A stretch of DNA of 64,000 nucleotides from Lacunisphaera sp. (GCA_041909435.1 JAYRDK010000013.1:55-64054); one strand, 5' to 3'; shown: positions 16,449 through 31,835, counted from the stretch's first letter. A program made the numbers and translations. Notes: generated by a model from the letters alone, not told the origin.

Positions 16449-17789
16449 TCATTTCACCCGTTTGCCGTGCTTGATGACCACATCGACGCGCTGGAGGAGG
16501 TCGATGTAGCGGAGCACGTCGCCCTTCACGGCGATGATGTCGGCGTATTTGCCCGCCTGGATGGTGCCGTAGTCCTTGTCCACCTTCATGGCGACGGCGG
16601 GCCAGTAGGTGGCGCCGCGGATGGCCGTCATGGAATCGACGCCGAGCTTGTTCACCCAGATGTCGAGTTCGCGCCAGGTGGACTGGTTGTGGAATTTCAT
16701 CGGGATGCCGGAGTCGGTGCCGATGAGGAGGACGACGCCGGCCTCCTGGAGCTGCTTGAACTTGGCGGCGCTGGTCTTCGCGCGGAGCGGGGTGATCTGG
16801 TAATACGCGAGCCAGCCGGGGTTCTTCAGCGACTGTTTGATGTCGGCGACGATGTCGGCCGGGACGCCGTTCTGCCAGCCGGTGTCCTCGATGTGCATCG
16901 GGTTGGTGACGTTGTATTCGTAGTTGAAGAAACCCTCGATGGTCGGGCACCAGAAGAGCGGCCCGAGGGACATCTTGGCGGTGCGTTCCTTGAGGGCGGC
17001 GAGGACGTCGTCCGGATAACCCGGCGCGGTGGCGAGACCGGTGTGTTCGAAGCAATCCACGCCATACTTGAGGCCGAGGCGGATCTCGTCGGGGCGGTGG
17101 GAGTGGGCGACGACGGGCAGCTTGTTTTTGTGGGCCTCGTCGACGATGGCCGCGATCTCCTCGCCGGTCATCTGGTCCTGGTCGATGAGCTTGATGATGT
17201 TCACGCCGGCGTCGGCCAGGCGCTTCACCTTGGCGCGGGCGTCGTCGGCACCCTGGACGCCCCAGCGGAAATCCTCGGTGCCCGGGTAGGCTTCCTTCTG
17301 GATGAAGGGGCCGGAGACGTAGAGCGTCGGGCCGGGGATCTCGCCCTTCGCGATCCGTTGCCGGACATTGATGCTGGCGTCGAGCGGCGCGCCGAGGTCG
17401 CGGGCGGAGGTGACGCCGGCAAACAGCAACTGCCGGGCGGCGGCGGGCATGATCTCCTTCTCGAAGCGGGCGGGGTAGGTCTTGTCCCAGTGCGTGTAGT
17501 CCGAATGGCCGAGCAGCATGGTGTGGACGTGATTGTCCCACAGCCCGGGGAGGACGGACATGCCGGCAAGGGAGACAACCTCGGCGCCGGCGGGGACGGG
17601 GAGGCTCTCGGCGGTGCCGACGGCCTTGATGCGCTCGTCCTCGACGAGGATGACGGAATTGTTGACCGGGGCGCCGCCCCAGCCGTCGATCAGGCGGCCG
17701 CCGACGTAGGCGGTGAGCTTGGCCGTCGCGGACGCGACGCAGAGGACGGAGGACAGAAGACAGAGAACAGGCAGGCGGTGGATTCGCAT
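16449..17789 (-). CDS. Secreted metal-dependent amidohydrolase (prolidase/imidazolonepropionase-like)
   Basis: Signal peptide; PGLWDNHVH, IKL, AHSH, EH and GTDSG metal motifs. Confidence 0.88.
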   Translation of the reverse strand: MRIHRLPVLCLLSSVLCVASATAKLTAYVGGRLIDGWGGAPVNNSVILVEDERIKAVGTAESLPVPAGAEVVSLAGMSVLPGLWDNHVHTMLLGHSDYTHWDKTYPARFEKEIMPAAARQLLFAGVTSARDLGAPLDASINVRQRIAKGEIPGPTLYVSGPFIQKEAYPGTEDFRWGVQGADDARAKVKRLADAGVNIIKLIDQDQMTGEEIAAIVDEAHKNKLPVVAHSHRPDEIRLGLKYGVDCFEHTGLATAPGYPDDVLAALKERTAKMSLGPLFWCPTIEGFFNYEYNVTNPMHIEDTGWQNGVPADIVADIKQSLKNPGWLAYYQITPLRAKTSAAKFKQLQEAGVVLLIGTDSGIPMKFHNQSTWRELDIWVNKLGVDSMTAIRGATYWPAVAMKVDKDYGTIQAGKYADIIAVKGDVLRYIDLLQRVDVVIKHGKRVK

Positions 17790-17831
17790 GAGGGCAAGCT
17801 AGCGGGCCGGGCGCAGGTGAAAATCAAAATG

Positions 17832-17922
17832 TGGAGGGCTCGCATCCCGGCGAGCCGCGGTGCATGCGGGGTGAGGGCACCCCGCCTCCAATAAAACGGC
17901 CCGCAGGGACGCGGGCCCTCCA
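17832..17922. repeat. TGGAG-type REP cluster, chimeric modules
   Basis: Joins the CTCGC hairpin of 12699/16364 with the GCGGGGTGAGGGCACCCCGCCTCCA module of 31747/37165. Confidence 0.8.
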
Positions 17923-17923
17923 C

Positions 17924-21862
<3,939 letters not shown>

Positions 21863-21970
21863 GGGGTGCGACTCAGTTTGCTAGGGAGTGGCCATTCGGC
21901 TGGCAATGGTAATTAGGGGTTTCCACCTAGCTCGATCGGGAAAAAGCCGGATCACCACCGGACAATGACG

Positions 21971-24763
21971 CTAACCCTTTGGCGGGACGGCTTTGTCGGG
22001 GGCGGGCGGGGGCAGGGGCTCGGGTGAAATTTTCACGGTCGGGGCGACGGAATCGGGCTGGGTGGAAGAGCCGCCGACGAAGATGGACCAGTCCGGTTTG
22101 CTGATGGGGCCGGTGAGCTTGAGCTCGAGGATGCTGGTGATCGGGTTGATGACGAGGCCGATGACGCCGGTGATCAGGTTGCGGTTGTCCTCGTAGGGCT
22201 TGAGGCGGGCGGTGAAGTCGAGCGCGTTGGTGGCGAGGGTGAAGTTGCCGCGGGCGTCGATCACGGCGCTGCGGCCGGTGACCTTCAGGTCCGGGAAATA
22301 CAGGCGGCCGCCGTCGAGGCGGAAGCTGCTGTGCGCGGCGTCAAGCTTGAGCGAGGAGAAGTTGAGCGAGACCGCGCTGAGCACCTGCGAGAGCAGGCCG
22401 AAGAGGTGGATCTCGCCGAGGTCGGCGCCGGTGAGCGCGGCGTTGCCGCTGCCGGTGAAGGTCGTGATCTCGCCGGGCTGGCCGGTGGCGGAGAGGCCGA
22501 CGTCGAGTTTGCCGCCCGCGGCGCGCTGCATGAACTTGCTCTCCGTCACGGAGGCCGATTTTTCGCCGGTGCGGTTGGCCTGGTATTCCTCGACCGCCCG
22601 GATGGAGCGGGCGAACTCGGCGCCGTTGACATACAGGTCGAAGCCGAGCCGGCGGTAGTCCGCCGGGCCGTAGACCGCGGCCTTGCCGGAGCCCTTGCCC
22701 CCCGCCGCCGTGAACTCGATCGCGTCGAGCCGCACATCGTTGCCCGTGACGCCGCCGCTGACCCGCGCGGTGTCGACCGGGAAGCCGTAATAGTGGAAGG
22801 CGCTGCCGACCGTGCCGGTGAAACTGTAATCGGCGGTCGTGCCGACGGTGCCCCACGCGTGCACCGACGGCGGCGCGGTGAAGCGCAGGCTGGCCAGCAC
22901 CTCGTCCGCCTTGCCCTCGAGCATGCGGCCGAGGACGGCGGGATCGGCGTTGGTGTCGAAATCGAACTCGAAGCGGCCCATGCCGGCCGTGCCCGGCTCG
23001 GCGAAGCGCTTGAAGGTGCCGGTGAGGCCCTGCTTCCCGCCCGCCCGCGTGGCGGCCAGCGCCAGGCCGTGCGCGAAATTGGGCCGCACGAAGACCACCG
23101 CGTGCGCCTGCTCGAAGTCGCCGTTCCAGACCGTGGCGCCGCGGACGTCGCTGCGGCCGAAATAGGCCGTGCGGCTCGGGTCCCGCCAGCGGCCGGACAG
23201 GTCGATCTCCGCGGTCGGCGGGGCGGCGGGGAAGGCGAAGCGGGCGTTCCAGAAATTCAGCCACCAGTTGCCGTTGAACCAGCCGTTGATCCCGGCCGGG
23301 CGCAGCCGGCCGTCGAGCAGCATGCGGTAGTCGGTGGTCGAGAAATTCATCCAATAGGAGCCGCGGGCGAAGTTTTCCCCCATCTCCACGCGGGCGTCGT
23401 GGGCGAGGAAGTTCATGCCCGTGATGTCGATGCGGCCGCGCGCGGCGGTGATCTTCACGCCGCGCGAGTCGATGCGGCCGGCGTCCACGCGGCTGCTGAG
23501 CGTGGCGAAGCGCCAGCCCGGGTCCAACACGGCCTCGGCCGAGAAGGTCACGGGATCACCAAAGACAAAATAGGGCGCGGCGCGCGGCGTGATCTCGGCG
23601 AGCACCCGGTTGATCAGCGTGTGCGAGCCGCGGCCCGCGGCGCGGACCCGCGCGCTTTCCTCGGCGAGGCGGGCGTCGACCTCGGCGGCGATGAATTCGC
23701 CGCTGACCTGCAGCGCCGTCGCGACCGACACCTCGGGCCAGCGGGCGAGGTCGGCGCGGAGCACGGGGCCGAGGAGGTCCATCCCCGGGGCGGAGACCTT
23801 CCCGGCGGCCACCAGCGCCTCGCGCGGGCGGGGCGCCTGGCCGTCGGGCGGGACCTCGAGCGTGAGGATGGCGCGGATCGTCTCCGCGGCGTAGTCCGCC
23901 TGGTAACGGGCCGAGCGGGCGGCGGCGTGCAGGCGGAGGGGGCGCGGTTCCTTGCCATCCAGCCGCAGGGAGCCGGTGGCCGCCAGCGGACCGAGGCTGA
24001 GCGACCGGCCCCACGGCTGGTCGGCGGCCGCGGCCGTCAGGAGCAGGTGCGCCAGGTTGCCGACCCCGGGCTGGCTCTCGAGGCGCACGGCGAGGGCCGG
24101 GCTCTCGAAGGTGTCGAGCCGGTGCAGCGGGAGGGCCAGCTGCCGGCTGACCTCCAGGAAGCGGGCGATGAGCTGGTCGGGCGACAGCCCGGCGGCACCG
24201 GGGGCGCGGGGCGGCGGCGTGAAGTCGCCCTGGGCGGTGAGGATCAGGCGGCCGACGCGGCCGTTGAACTGGTCCACCAGCCAGCGCCGGTCCTCGTGCC
24301 GCAGGACGACGGCGAGGTCGCGGATGAGCGGCTCGACGGTGCCGCTGGGCGAGAGCATGGCGGGCAGCTGGAGCGTGGCGCCCTCGAGCCGGATCTCGTC
24401 GGGGACGGGCCGGCCGGCGAGCACCGACCAGAAGTCGCGGCGCAGGTAGAGCAGGCGGCAGGTGAGCAGCGGTTCCTCAAACCGGCGCGAGCGCAGGGCC
24501 ACGTCCTCCAGCAGGAGCTTGCCGGTCGGATCGAGGCTGGCGCGGCCGAACTTGATCGTGAGGCTGGCCTTGGCCAGCTCCGCCTCGGCGCGGCGCAGCA
24601 CGAAGTCAGGCACCGGCAGCTCGTGGGCCGCGGCGATGTAGATGAGCGCCACCAGCGAGGCCCCCAGCACCAGCCACATCGCCCAGCAGGTGACCGTGAC
24701 CAGGCTGGAGCCGCAGAAACGCAGCACGGTGGCGGCGGGTTTGGACTGCGGGTGGGCGGACAT
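21971..24763 (-). CDS. AsmA-like (bridge-like beta-groove) envelope protein
   Basis: N-terminal TM; long beta-rich body; C-terminal ARGNF..LDFTARL...LKLTGPISKPDW typical of the AsmA C-terminal region. Confidence 0.7.
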   Translation of the reverse strand: MSAHPQSKPAATVLRFCGSSLVTVTCWAMWLVLGASLVALIYIAAAHELPVPDFVLRRAEAELAKASLTIKFGRASLDPTGKLLLEDVALRSRRFEEPLLTCRLLYLRRDFWSVLAGRPVPDEIRLEGATLQLPAMLSPSGTVEPLIRDLAVVLRHEDRRWLVDQFNGRVGRLILTAQGDFTPPPRAPGAAGLSPDQLIARFLEVSRQLALPLHRLDTFESPALAVRLESQPGVGNLAHLLLTAAAADQPWGRSLSLGPLAATGSLRLDGKEPRPLRLHAAARSARYQADYAAETIRAILTLEVPPDGQAPRPREALVAAGKVSAPGMDLLGPVLRADLARWPEVSVATALQVSGEFIAAEVDARLAEESARVRAAGRGSHTLINRVLAEITPRAAPYFVFGDPVTFSAEAVLDPGWRFATLSSRVDAGRIDSRGVKITAARGRIDITGMNFLAHDARVEMGENFARGSYWMNFSTTDYRMLLDGRLRPAGINGWFNGNWWLNFWNARFAFPAAPPTAEIDLSGRWRDPSRTAYFGRSDVRGATVWNGDFEQAHAVVFVRPNFAHGLALAATRAGGKQGLTGTFKRFAEPGTAGMGRFEFDFDTNADPAVLGRMLEGKADEVLASLRFTAPPSVHAWGTVGTTADYSFTGTVGSAFHYYGFPVDTARVSGGVTGNDVRLDAIEFTAAGGKGSGKAAVYGPADYRRLGFDLYVNGAEFARSIRAVEEYQANRTGEKSASVTESKFMQRAAGGKLDVGLSATGQPGEITTFTGSGNAALTGADLGEIHLFGLLSQVLSAVSLNFSSLKLDAAHSSFRLDGGRLYFPDLKVTGRSAVIDARGNFTLATNALDFTARLKPYEDNRNLITGVIGLVINPITSILELKLTGPISKPDWSIFVGGSSTQPDSVAPTVKISPEPLPPPAPDKAVPPKG

Positions 24764-24793
24764 GGGCGGGCGGTGGGGTCAGGCGGCGATCCC

Positions 24794-24861
24794 GGTGGGA
24801 GGGGCTTTACGCCCCGACTTCCGCGACGACCTTCGTGTCAGGGTATAAAACCCCTCCCACC
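24794..24861. repeat. GTGG-ended REP doublet
   Basis: GGTGGGAGGGGCTTTACGCCCCGAC ... GTCAGGGTATAAAACCCCTCCCACC. Confidence 0.75.
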
Positions 24862-24930
24862 AAACGGAGGAGCTGAGGCGTCGCTTGTGCATGCATCGGG
24901 GGCACGGCGGTCATGGACCGCCGCTACAGG

Positions 24931-27057
24931 TCAAGGTTTGCCGGGCGGCGTTTCGGCTTTGGGCGCTTCGACCGGAGCGGCCGGGGCCGGCGCCGTTCCG
25001 GCCTGCTGGCCGGCCGGTGTTTGTCCGGGCCGGTCGCCCGGCAAAGGGCCGGGGTCGTGCTTCTCGGTGTAGGTGAGCGCGAAGATCGTATCGAGCATCT
25101 CCTGGGTGACCTCGAAGACCACCCCGCCGAAGTCCGCCGTGCCCGCCAGCATGGTCGAGCCTCCGAGGCGGTCGGTGAACCAGAGGGTCGTGGTCGCGCT
25201 GGCCGCGGTGCCGCCACCGGGGAGCGTGGTGTCGACGTCGAGCCGGTATTTCCAAGGCTGCGGCCCCGTCGCGGTCTCGGCGTGGTCGGGGGTGAAGGTG
25301 CCGGGGGTGTAGGCCTTGACGCGGAGGGTGCGCAGCTGGGCGAGCAGGGCGACCAGCAGGGTGCGCGCCTTCGCGGGGATTTCCCCGGTCACGAGCGTCT
25401 CGGCGGTGAGGGCGGTCTCGTTGTGCACGCCGAAGAGGAGGGTGTCGGCCGGCAGGGCGCTGAGCTTTAGGCTGGTGATGCGGGCGGCCTCGGGCAGTTC
25501 CCGGAGGACCCGCAGGCGGTAATGCCGCGCGAGGGCGGGCGTGTCGTCGAGGATGTCGGGCAGGATCTGGTAGACAAAGGGTGCGTTGGTGACGCGGGCG
25601 AAGGCCTCGCCGGGCTTGTCGGGCGAGACGCCGACCTGGAGCGTGAGGGAGGAGGAAAGGTCAGCACCGTTGCCGGCTGCTGCCGGCCCGGTGTTTGTCC
25701 CGGAAACTCCGCGCGCTGCCGGATTTCCGGGCAAACCGCCGGTGGAGAGATTGAGCGTGATCTCGCGCTCGGGGCGGTTGAAGCCCCAGTTCTCGAGGTC
25801 GGTGGCGGCGGGGGCGTCGCTCAGGAACTTGGGCGAACCCGGCCGGGCCTCGCGGGCGGACAGTTGGGAGATTTTCTGCAGCAGGGCGGTCACGACGCCG
25901 GGATCGGCGGCGATGGTCTGCGGGGCGGCGCCGCTCACGCGCACGACGGCCTGCCAGCCCTGTTCGCCCTCCAGTTTCTGGAGCGTGAGTTCCGGCGAGC
26001 CGGGGGCGACGAGGGTGAGGGCGGTGACGGTGGCGGGCTCGAAATCGAGCACGCGCGGGTCGCGGAGCTCCTCCTGCGCGGAGCGGAGGACGTCGAGCAG
26101 TTCCTTGGACACGACGGTGGAGAAGACGACATCCTTGTCCTCGATCTTCGCGAAATATTCGGTGGCCCCGGCACCGTTGCCGGCTGCTCCCTCCCGCGGC
26201 GCGGCCGGCGTGCCGGTCGGGTTGCCGAGCAGCAGGGTCTCGCGGCGGGCGTTGCCCTCGAGGGTGATGCGGAGGCTCGGGGAGTTGAGGCCGGCGCGGT
26301 CGAGGTCGGTGTCGCGGGGCTCGAGGAAATTTTTCGCGGTGAGGGCGTTGACGGCGTTGATCGTGACCTCGACGGCGGCCTTGCTGGCGCGGGCGTTGAT
26401 GGGGGCCTCGAAGGCCCAGCGGGAGGCGGCGTCGCGCCGGAGGCGGACCTTGAGGTTGGCGGGCGCGGCGGTCTGGACGTTGAGGGAGCGGACCTCGAAG
26501 ACCGGCACGCTGAAGATGGAGGCGGCGCGCAGGGTGTCGAGCGGGAGGCCGACCGCCTCGGCGAGGCTGCGGCTCACGACATGGATGCGGGCGCCGTCGG
26601 GGGAGAGGACGTAGAGGCGGTTGCCGACGGTGGTGGTGTCGCCGATCTTGAGCGTGTAGGCGCGGCCGGAGGAGGTGAACTCGAGGATGAGGGTGGGGTC
26701 GGCGAGGCCGTAGTCGGCGAGCGAGCGGCCGCTGGAGGCGAGGTCGGCGACGGGGAAGCTCGTCTCATGCTCCAGCAACTCGAGGGCGTTGATCAGGCCG
26801 GCGATGGCGTTGCGGTCGGCGGGCCACTCGTAGGGCGCGGTGAGCCACCAGGAGTCGGTGCGCTTCTCGAGCTTGACGGTGGCCCCGGTGCGGTCCTTGC
26901 GGCTGAGCGCCTCGATGGTGGCGGCCTCGGGGCCGAGCACGCGGCGGCGGGCCTCGAGGGTCTTGCGCTCGTCGATGCGCGGCAGGTCGTAGAAATAGAT
27001 GTAGCAGAACAGGACGACGTTCAGGAAAAGGAGGACGACGGTGACTTTGGAGCGCAT
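24931..27057 (-). CDS. DUF4340 domain-containing protein (repeated domains)
   Basis: N-terminal TM; WWLTAPYEWPAD, YGLADP and LKIG patterns repeated; downstream of the gldG-like gene. Confidence 0.75.
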   Translation of the reverse strand: MRSKVTVVLLFLNVVLFCYIYFYDLPRIDERKTLEARRRVLGPEAATIEALSRKDRTGATVKLEKRTDSWWLTAPYEWPADRNAIAGLINALELLEHETSFPVADLASSGRSLADYGLADPTLILEFTSSGRAYTLKIGDTTTVGNRLYVLSPDGARIHVVSRSLAEAVGLPLDTLRAASIFSVPVFEVRSLNVQTAAPANLKVRLRRDAASRWAFEAPINARASKAAVEVTINAVNALTAKNFLEPRDTDLDRAGLNSPSLRITLEGNARRETLLLGNPTGTPAAPREGAAGNGAGATEYFAKIEDKDVVFSTVVSKELLDVLRSAQEELRDPRVLDFEPATVTALTLVAPGSPELTLQKLEGEQGWQAVVRVSGAAPQTIAADPGVVTALLQKISQLSAREARPGSPKFLSDAPAATDLENWGFNRPEREITLNLSTGGLPGNPAARGVSGTNTGPAAAGNGADLSSSLTLQVGVSPDKPGEAFARVTNAPFVYQILPDILDDTPALARHYRLRVLRELPEAARITSLKLSALPADTLLFGVHNETALTAETLVTGEIPAKARTLLVALLAQLRTLRVKAYTPGTFTPDHAETATGPQPWKYRLDVDTTLPGGGTAASATTTLWFTDRLGGSTMLAGTADFGGVVFEVTQEMLDTIFALTYTEKHDPGPLPGDRPGQTPAGQQAGTAPAPAAPVEAPKAETPPGKP

Positions 27058-27069
27058 GGCGGCGGGCGG

Positions 27070-28545
27070 TTAGTTGCGGCGGGTCCAGTAGACAAAGACG
27101 CCGAGCAGGGCGACGACGCCGGGCACGACGAGGAAGAGACCGAGGCGGAGGCGGACGAGTTCCTCCTGGCTGAGGGAGAGCTGGAAGCGCTCGATGGGCC
27201 GGGCGGGGATGTTGAGCTGGGTGTCGCGGTCGACGGCCCAGCTGACGGTGTTGAGGAAGAGGGGGAAGTTGCCGCCGTTGATGATGCGGTTGTTGGTGAC
27301 GAGGTCGGAGGTGCCGAAGACGGCGAGGCGGCCGCCGGGCACGCTGAGCGGGAGGTTGGCGGGTTTCAGGCGCTCGGAGATGGCGAGGACGCCGAGGCCG
27401 TTGCGGTGGCGCAGGTCCTGGCCGGGCGTGTATTCGGCGTTGCGGAGGCGGTAGCCGCTCTCGCCCCAGGCGGTGGGGCTGCTGGCGACGAGGACCTTCA
27501 CGCTCAGGCCGTCGTCGGGCGAGCGGCCGATGTCCTCGTTCACGACGCGGGTCGGGCCGACCAGCGGGAACAGGGCGTTGTCGATGATCAGCTGCGTGAT
27601 GGGATGGGGCAGGAAGTGGCTGAGGATGAGCTCGCCGTTCTCCGAGATGTAGTTGGGGTTCGTGTCGAGGATGATGTTGTCGTAGACGAGCACGCCCCAG
27701 TCGAAGAGCAGGTTCTCCAGGCCGAACTGGCGCGCGGGATCGACGAGCAGGACGACGCGACCGGCGCGGGTGGTGAGGTAGTTGCGCAGCAGCTCCTCCT
27801 CGAAGGGCTGGAAGCGGCTCTGCGGCGAGGGGATGATGAGGAGCGCGGCGTCGTCCGGGATCCGGCGGTTCAGGCCGAGGTTGAGGCCCTCGAGGTCGTA
27901 GTTGCGCTGGCGGAGCTGGTCGCGCAGCTGCGAGAGGCCGCGGGCGCCGTCAACGCTGTCGGGCGACATCTCGCCGTGGCCGGCGAGGAAATAGATCTTC
28001 TTCTTCTCGGCGCTGGCCACGTCGAGGATGGCGGCGGTGAGGGTGGCCTCGCCCTTGAACGCCTCGCGGCTGACCTTCTTCTTGATGACGTAAAGGTCGT
28101 CGAGGCGGAGCAGCCGGGTGTGGCGGTCGCTCGCCAGCATGATGATGTTGGGCTGGTCGGCGACGCCGAGGGCCTCGGCCTCGCGGCGGCTCTGGTAGAC
28201 GTCGACGTAGCGGACGGTGAGGCGGCCCTTGCTGTTGCCGCCGGTGAAGTAGGTGTATTCGCGGAGCAGCGCGCTGATGTCGCGGTAGGCCTGGGCGAGC
28301 TCCTCGCTGTCGTTGCTGTCGGTGAACGTGACCGTGATGGTCACGTCGCGCTCGAGGCGCTCGAGGTAGGAGCGGGTCTCGGGGGAGAGCGAGTGCCGGC
28401 GGCTGGCGGTGGTGTCGAAGCGCCAGGCATGGTGGAGGGCGATGTAGTTGAGCCCGGCGAAGAGCGCGAGGAACAGCACGGCCTGCAGCAGCAGGTTGAC
28501 CAGGCGGATCCAGCGGGCGGCGCGGAAGCTGTCGGAGAAGTGCAT
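27070..28545 (-). CDS. GldG-like ABC-type uncharacterised transport system component
   Basis: RFDTT...HSLSPET, YVDVY, KIYFLAGHGE, LIIPSPQS, FLNTVSWAV and C-terminal TM. Confidence 0.85.
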   Translation of the reverse strand: MHFSDSFRAARWIRLVNLLLQAVLFLALFAGLNYIALHHAWRFDTTASRRHSLSPETRSYLERLERDVTITVTFTDSNDSEELAQAYRDISALLREYTYFTGGNSKGRLTVRYVDVYQSRREAEALGVADQPNIIMLASDRHTRLLRLDDLYVIKKKVSREAFKGEATLTAAILDVASAEKKKIYFLAGHGEMSPDSVDGARGLSQLRDQLRQRNYDLEGLNLGLNRRIPDDAALLIIPSPQSRFQPFEEELLRNYLTTRAGRVVLLVDPARQFGLENLLFDWGVLVYDNIILDTNPNYISENGELILSHFLPHPITQLIIDNALFPLVGPTRVVNEDIGRSPDDGLSVKVLVASSPTAWGESGYRLRNAEYTPGQDLRHRNGLGVLAISERLKPANLPLSVPGGRLAVFGTSDLVTNNRIINGGNFPLFLNTVSWAVDRDTQLNIPARPIERFQLSLSQEELVRLRLGLFLVVPGVVALLGVFVYWTRRN

Positions 28546-28547
28546 CG

Positions 28548-29309
28548 TCAGCCGTTGAGCAGCTTCGCCTCGACGCCGAGGATGCTGAAGATGAGGGCGA
28601 GGGTGGAGCCGGTCAGGTAATAGAACAGCTGCCGCGTATCGATGACGCCGTGGGTGAAGTCCTCGACGTGGGTGAAGATCTGGAGCGACTCGAGCGCGGT
28701 CTTCACCGGGCTGAAGACGGCGTTGTTGAGCGCGCTGAGCTCGCCAAGGTAGCGCGGGCCGAGGATGACGAGGATGAGCAGGACGACGGTGAAGATGCCG
28801 GCGACGGGCTGGCTGCGCGTCATCGAGCTGGCGAAGACGCCGATGGCGATGAAGAGCAGGCCGCTGATGGCGATGAAGAGGTAGCCGCCGAGGAGCGGGC
28901 CGGCGTCGAGGTAGCGGGCGTCGCGCGCGTAGAGCTGCAGGATGTAGTGGAAGCCGAGGGTGGAGCCCCAGAGCAGGAGGTAGAAGAGGTAGGCGGCGGA
29001 GAACTTGCCCAGCACGACCTCGGCGGTGCTGACCGGCGTGGTGAGCAGCGTCTCGAGCGTGCCCTGGCGGCGCTCGTCGGCGATGGTCTTCATCGTGAGC
29101 AGCGGCACCATGAAGAGCACCGGGAACCAGAAGAACTGGAAGAACACGACGGCCGGCGGCGTCTCCTGCGGGGTCTTGCTGTAGAGGTCGAGGATGCTGG
29201 CGAAGATGAAGCCCATGACGCCGAGGAAGAACACGGCCGCGATATACGTGCTCGGGCTGTAGAGCAGCGTGCGGATCTCGTGGGAGAGAATGGTGAAGTA
29301 GTGGCGCAT
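28548..29309 (-). CDS. ABC-2 type permease (GldF-like)
   Basis: LTMKTIADERRQGTLETLLTTPV..VVLGKF; 6 TM segments. Confidence 0.88.
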   Translation of the reverse strand: MRHYFTILSHEIRTLLYSPSTYIAAVFFLGVMGFIFASILDLYSKTPQETPPAVVFFQFFWFPVLFMVPLLTMKTIADERRQGTLETLLTTPVSTAEVVLGKFSAAYLFYLLLWGSTLGFHYILQLYARDARYLDAGPLLGGYLFIAISGLLFIAIGVFASSMTRSQPVAGIFTVVLLILVILGPRYLGELSALNNAVFSPVKTALESLQIFTHVEDFTHGVIDTRQLFYYLTGSTLALIFSILGVEAKLLNG

Positions 29310-29313
29310 GGCG

Positions 29314-30336
<1,023 letters not shown>

Positions 30337-30387
30337 GCCGCGGGGATATTTACACGGGGAAACGGCCCCGCCGGCAAGCCTTGCGTG

Positions 30388-31389
30388 TCAGACGGCCGGG
30401 CCGGCTTCCCGGGACAAGGTGACCTCGCCAGCGCGGAAGCGTTCCGAGCGGCCGGAGCTGAGGCGCACGATGAGCGAGCCCTCGTTGTCGATGCCGGTGG
30501 CGGTGCCGGTGACGGTGCGCGTGCCCTGGGTGACGCTCACCGGGCGGCCGCGCAGGACGTCGTAGCGCTTCCACAGCGCGGCGAACTTGTCGCGATAGCC
30601 GCCCTCGAGGAACTGGTCGTAGGCGGTGAGGACGCGGCCGATGAGCGCGGCGGCAAAGCGGTTGAGGTCGAGCGGGGCGCCGGTGGCGTCGGCGAGCGAG
30701 ATGGCGGTCTTCTGCAGGTCGCGCGGGAGGTCGGCGGCGCGGCCGTTGAGGTTGAGGCCGAGGCCGAAGACGAGGTCGCGGATCTGGTCGGCGTCGACGC
30801 GCGCCTCGGTGAGCATGCCGCCGGCCTTGCGGCCGTTCACATGGAGGTCGTTGGGCCACTTCAGGCCCGGCTCGAGCTTGGCGAAGTTGGAGACGAGCTC
30901 GCAGATGTTGAGCCCCATCCAGAGGGTGAAGTCATGGAGGCGGGCCGGCTCGAGCTTGGGGCGGAAGACGAAGGTGCTGTAAAGGTTGCCGGCCGCCGGG
31001 CTGTGCCAGACGCGGCCGCGGCGGCCGCGACCGGCGGTTTGCCGGCTGGCGAGGATGACGAGCGGGACGGCGGCGCCGCTGGCGAGCAGGCGCTCGGCCT
31101 CGCTGTTGGTGCTGTCCACGGTGTCGAGGCAGACCAGCTGCGGCGGCCGCGGGCGGCCGCTGAGATAAGCCTGGATGAGGGCGGGGTGCAGCGTGTCCGG
31201 GGTCTTGACCAGCCGGTAACCGCGGCTCCGGCGCGCCTCGAAGACGAAACCCTGCCGGATGAGCTTCTGCAGCTGCATCCAGACGGCGACGCGCGAGATG
31301 CCGAGCAGCCGGGCGAGGCGCGCCCCCGACACGGTGGCGGCGTCGGCGGCGAGCATTTCACGGAGGATGGTGATCTCGGTGGTGGACAA
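30388..31389 (-). CDS. birA: Bifunctional biotin-[acetyl-CoA carboxylase] ligase / repressor
   Basis: N-terminal HTH (VSGARLARLLGISRVAVW); DSTN, QTAGRGRRGR, KWPND and KAGGML motifs; TTG start inferred. Confidence 0.93.
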   Translation of the reverse strand: MSTTEITILREMLAADAATVSGARLARLLGISRVAVWMQLQKLIRQGFVFEARRSRGYRLVKTPDTLHPALIQAYLSGRPRPPQLVCLDTVDSTNSEAERLLASGAAVPLVILASRQTAGRGRRGRVWHSPAAGNLYSTFVFRPKLEPARLHDFTLWMGLNICELVSNFAKLEPGLKWPNDLHVNGRKAGGMLTEARVDADQIRDLVFGLGLNLNGRAADLPRDLQKTAISLADATGAPLDLNRFAAALIGRVLTAYDQFLEGGYRDKFAALWKRYDVLRGRPVSVTQGTRTVTGTATGIDNEGSLIVRLSSGRSERFRAGEVTLSREAGPAV

Positions 31390-31453
31390 GGGGAGAATAG
31401 CGTCGCGGTGAAAACGGAAAGCGTTACGAAAACAGAGAACGATGGGTGCGCAA

Positions 31454-31744
31454 ATGTCATTTGCAGATTTCCAGAAATCCACGGCCGGCGGCGCGCCGCC
31501 GGCGGGGCTCAGCGGGCCGCTGCGGGCGCTGTGGCTGGATGCGCGCGGCGAGTGGGACGCGGCGCATGAGGCGGCGCAGGCCGCGGGCGGGGCCGACGGG
31601 GCGTGGGTGCACGCCTACCTGCACCGGAAGGAAGGCGACGGGATGAACGCCGGCTACTGGTATGCGCGGGCCGGGCAGCCGGCGGCGACGGGTGAACTCG
31701 CCGAGGAGTGGGCGGCGATTGCGCGGGAGCTGCTGGGGAGGTGA
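31454..31744 (+). CDS. Conserved hypothetical protein (96 aa)
   Basis: ALW..ARGEWDAAH...AWVHAYLHRKEGD..NAGYWY pattern of a widespread uncharacterised family. Confidence 0.8.
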   Translation: MSFADFQKSTAGGAPPAGLSGPLRALWLDARGEWDAAHEAAQAAGGADGAWVHAYLHRKEGDGMNAGYWYARAGQPAATGELAEEWAAIARELLGR

Positions 31745-31746
31745 CT

Positions 31747-31823
31747 TGGAGGCGGGGTGCCCTCACCCCGCGAAGCGCGTCGATGCGAATTCAAAGCAGC
31801 GGGGTGGGGGCACCCCGCCTCCA
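31747..31823. repeat. TGGAG-type REP doublet
   Basis: TGGAGGCGGGGTGCCCTCACCCCGC ... GCGGGGTGGGGGCACCCCGCCTCCA; same arms at 37165-37226. Confidence 0.88.
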
Positions 31824-31835
31824 ACAATAGGCAGG

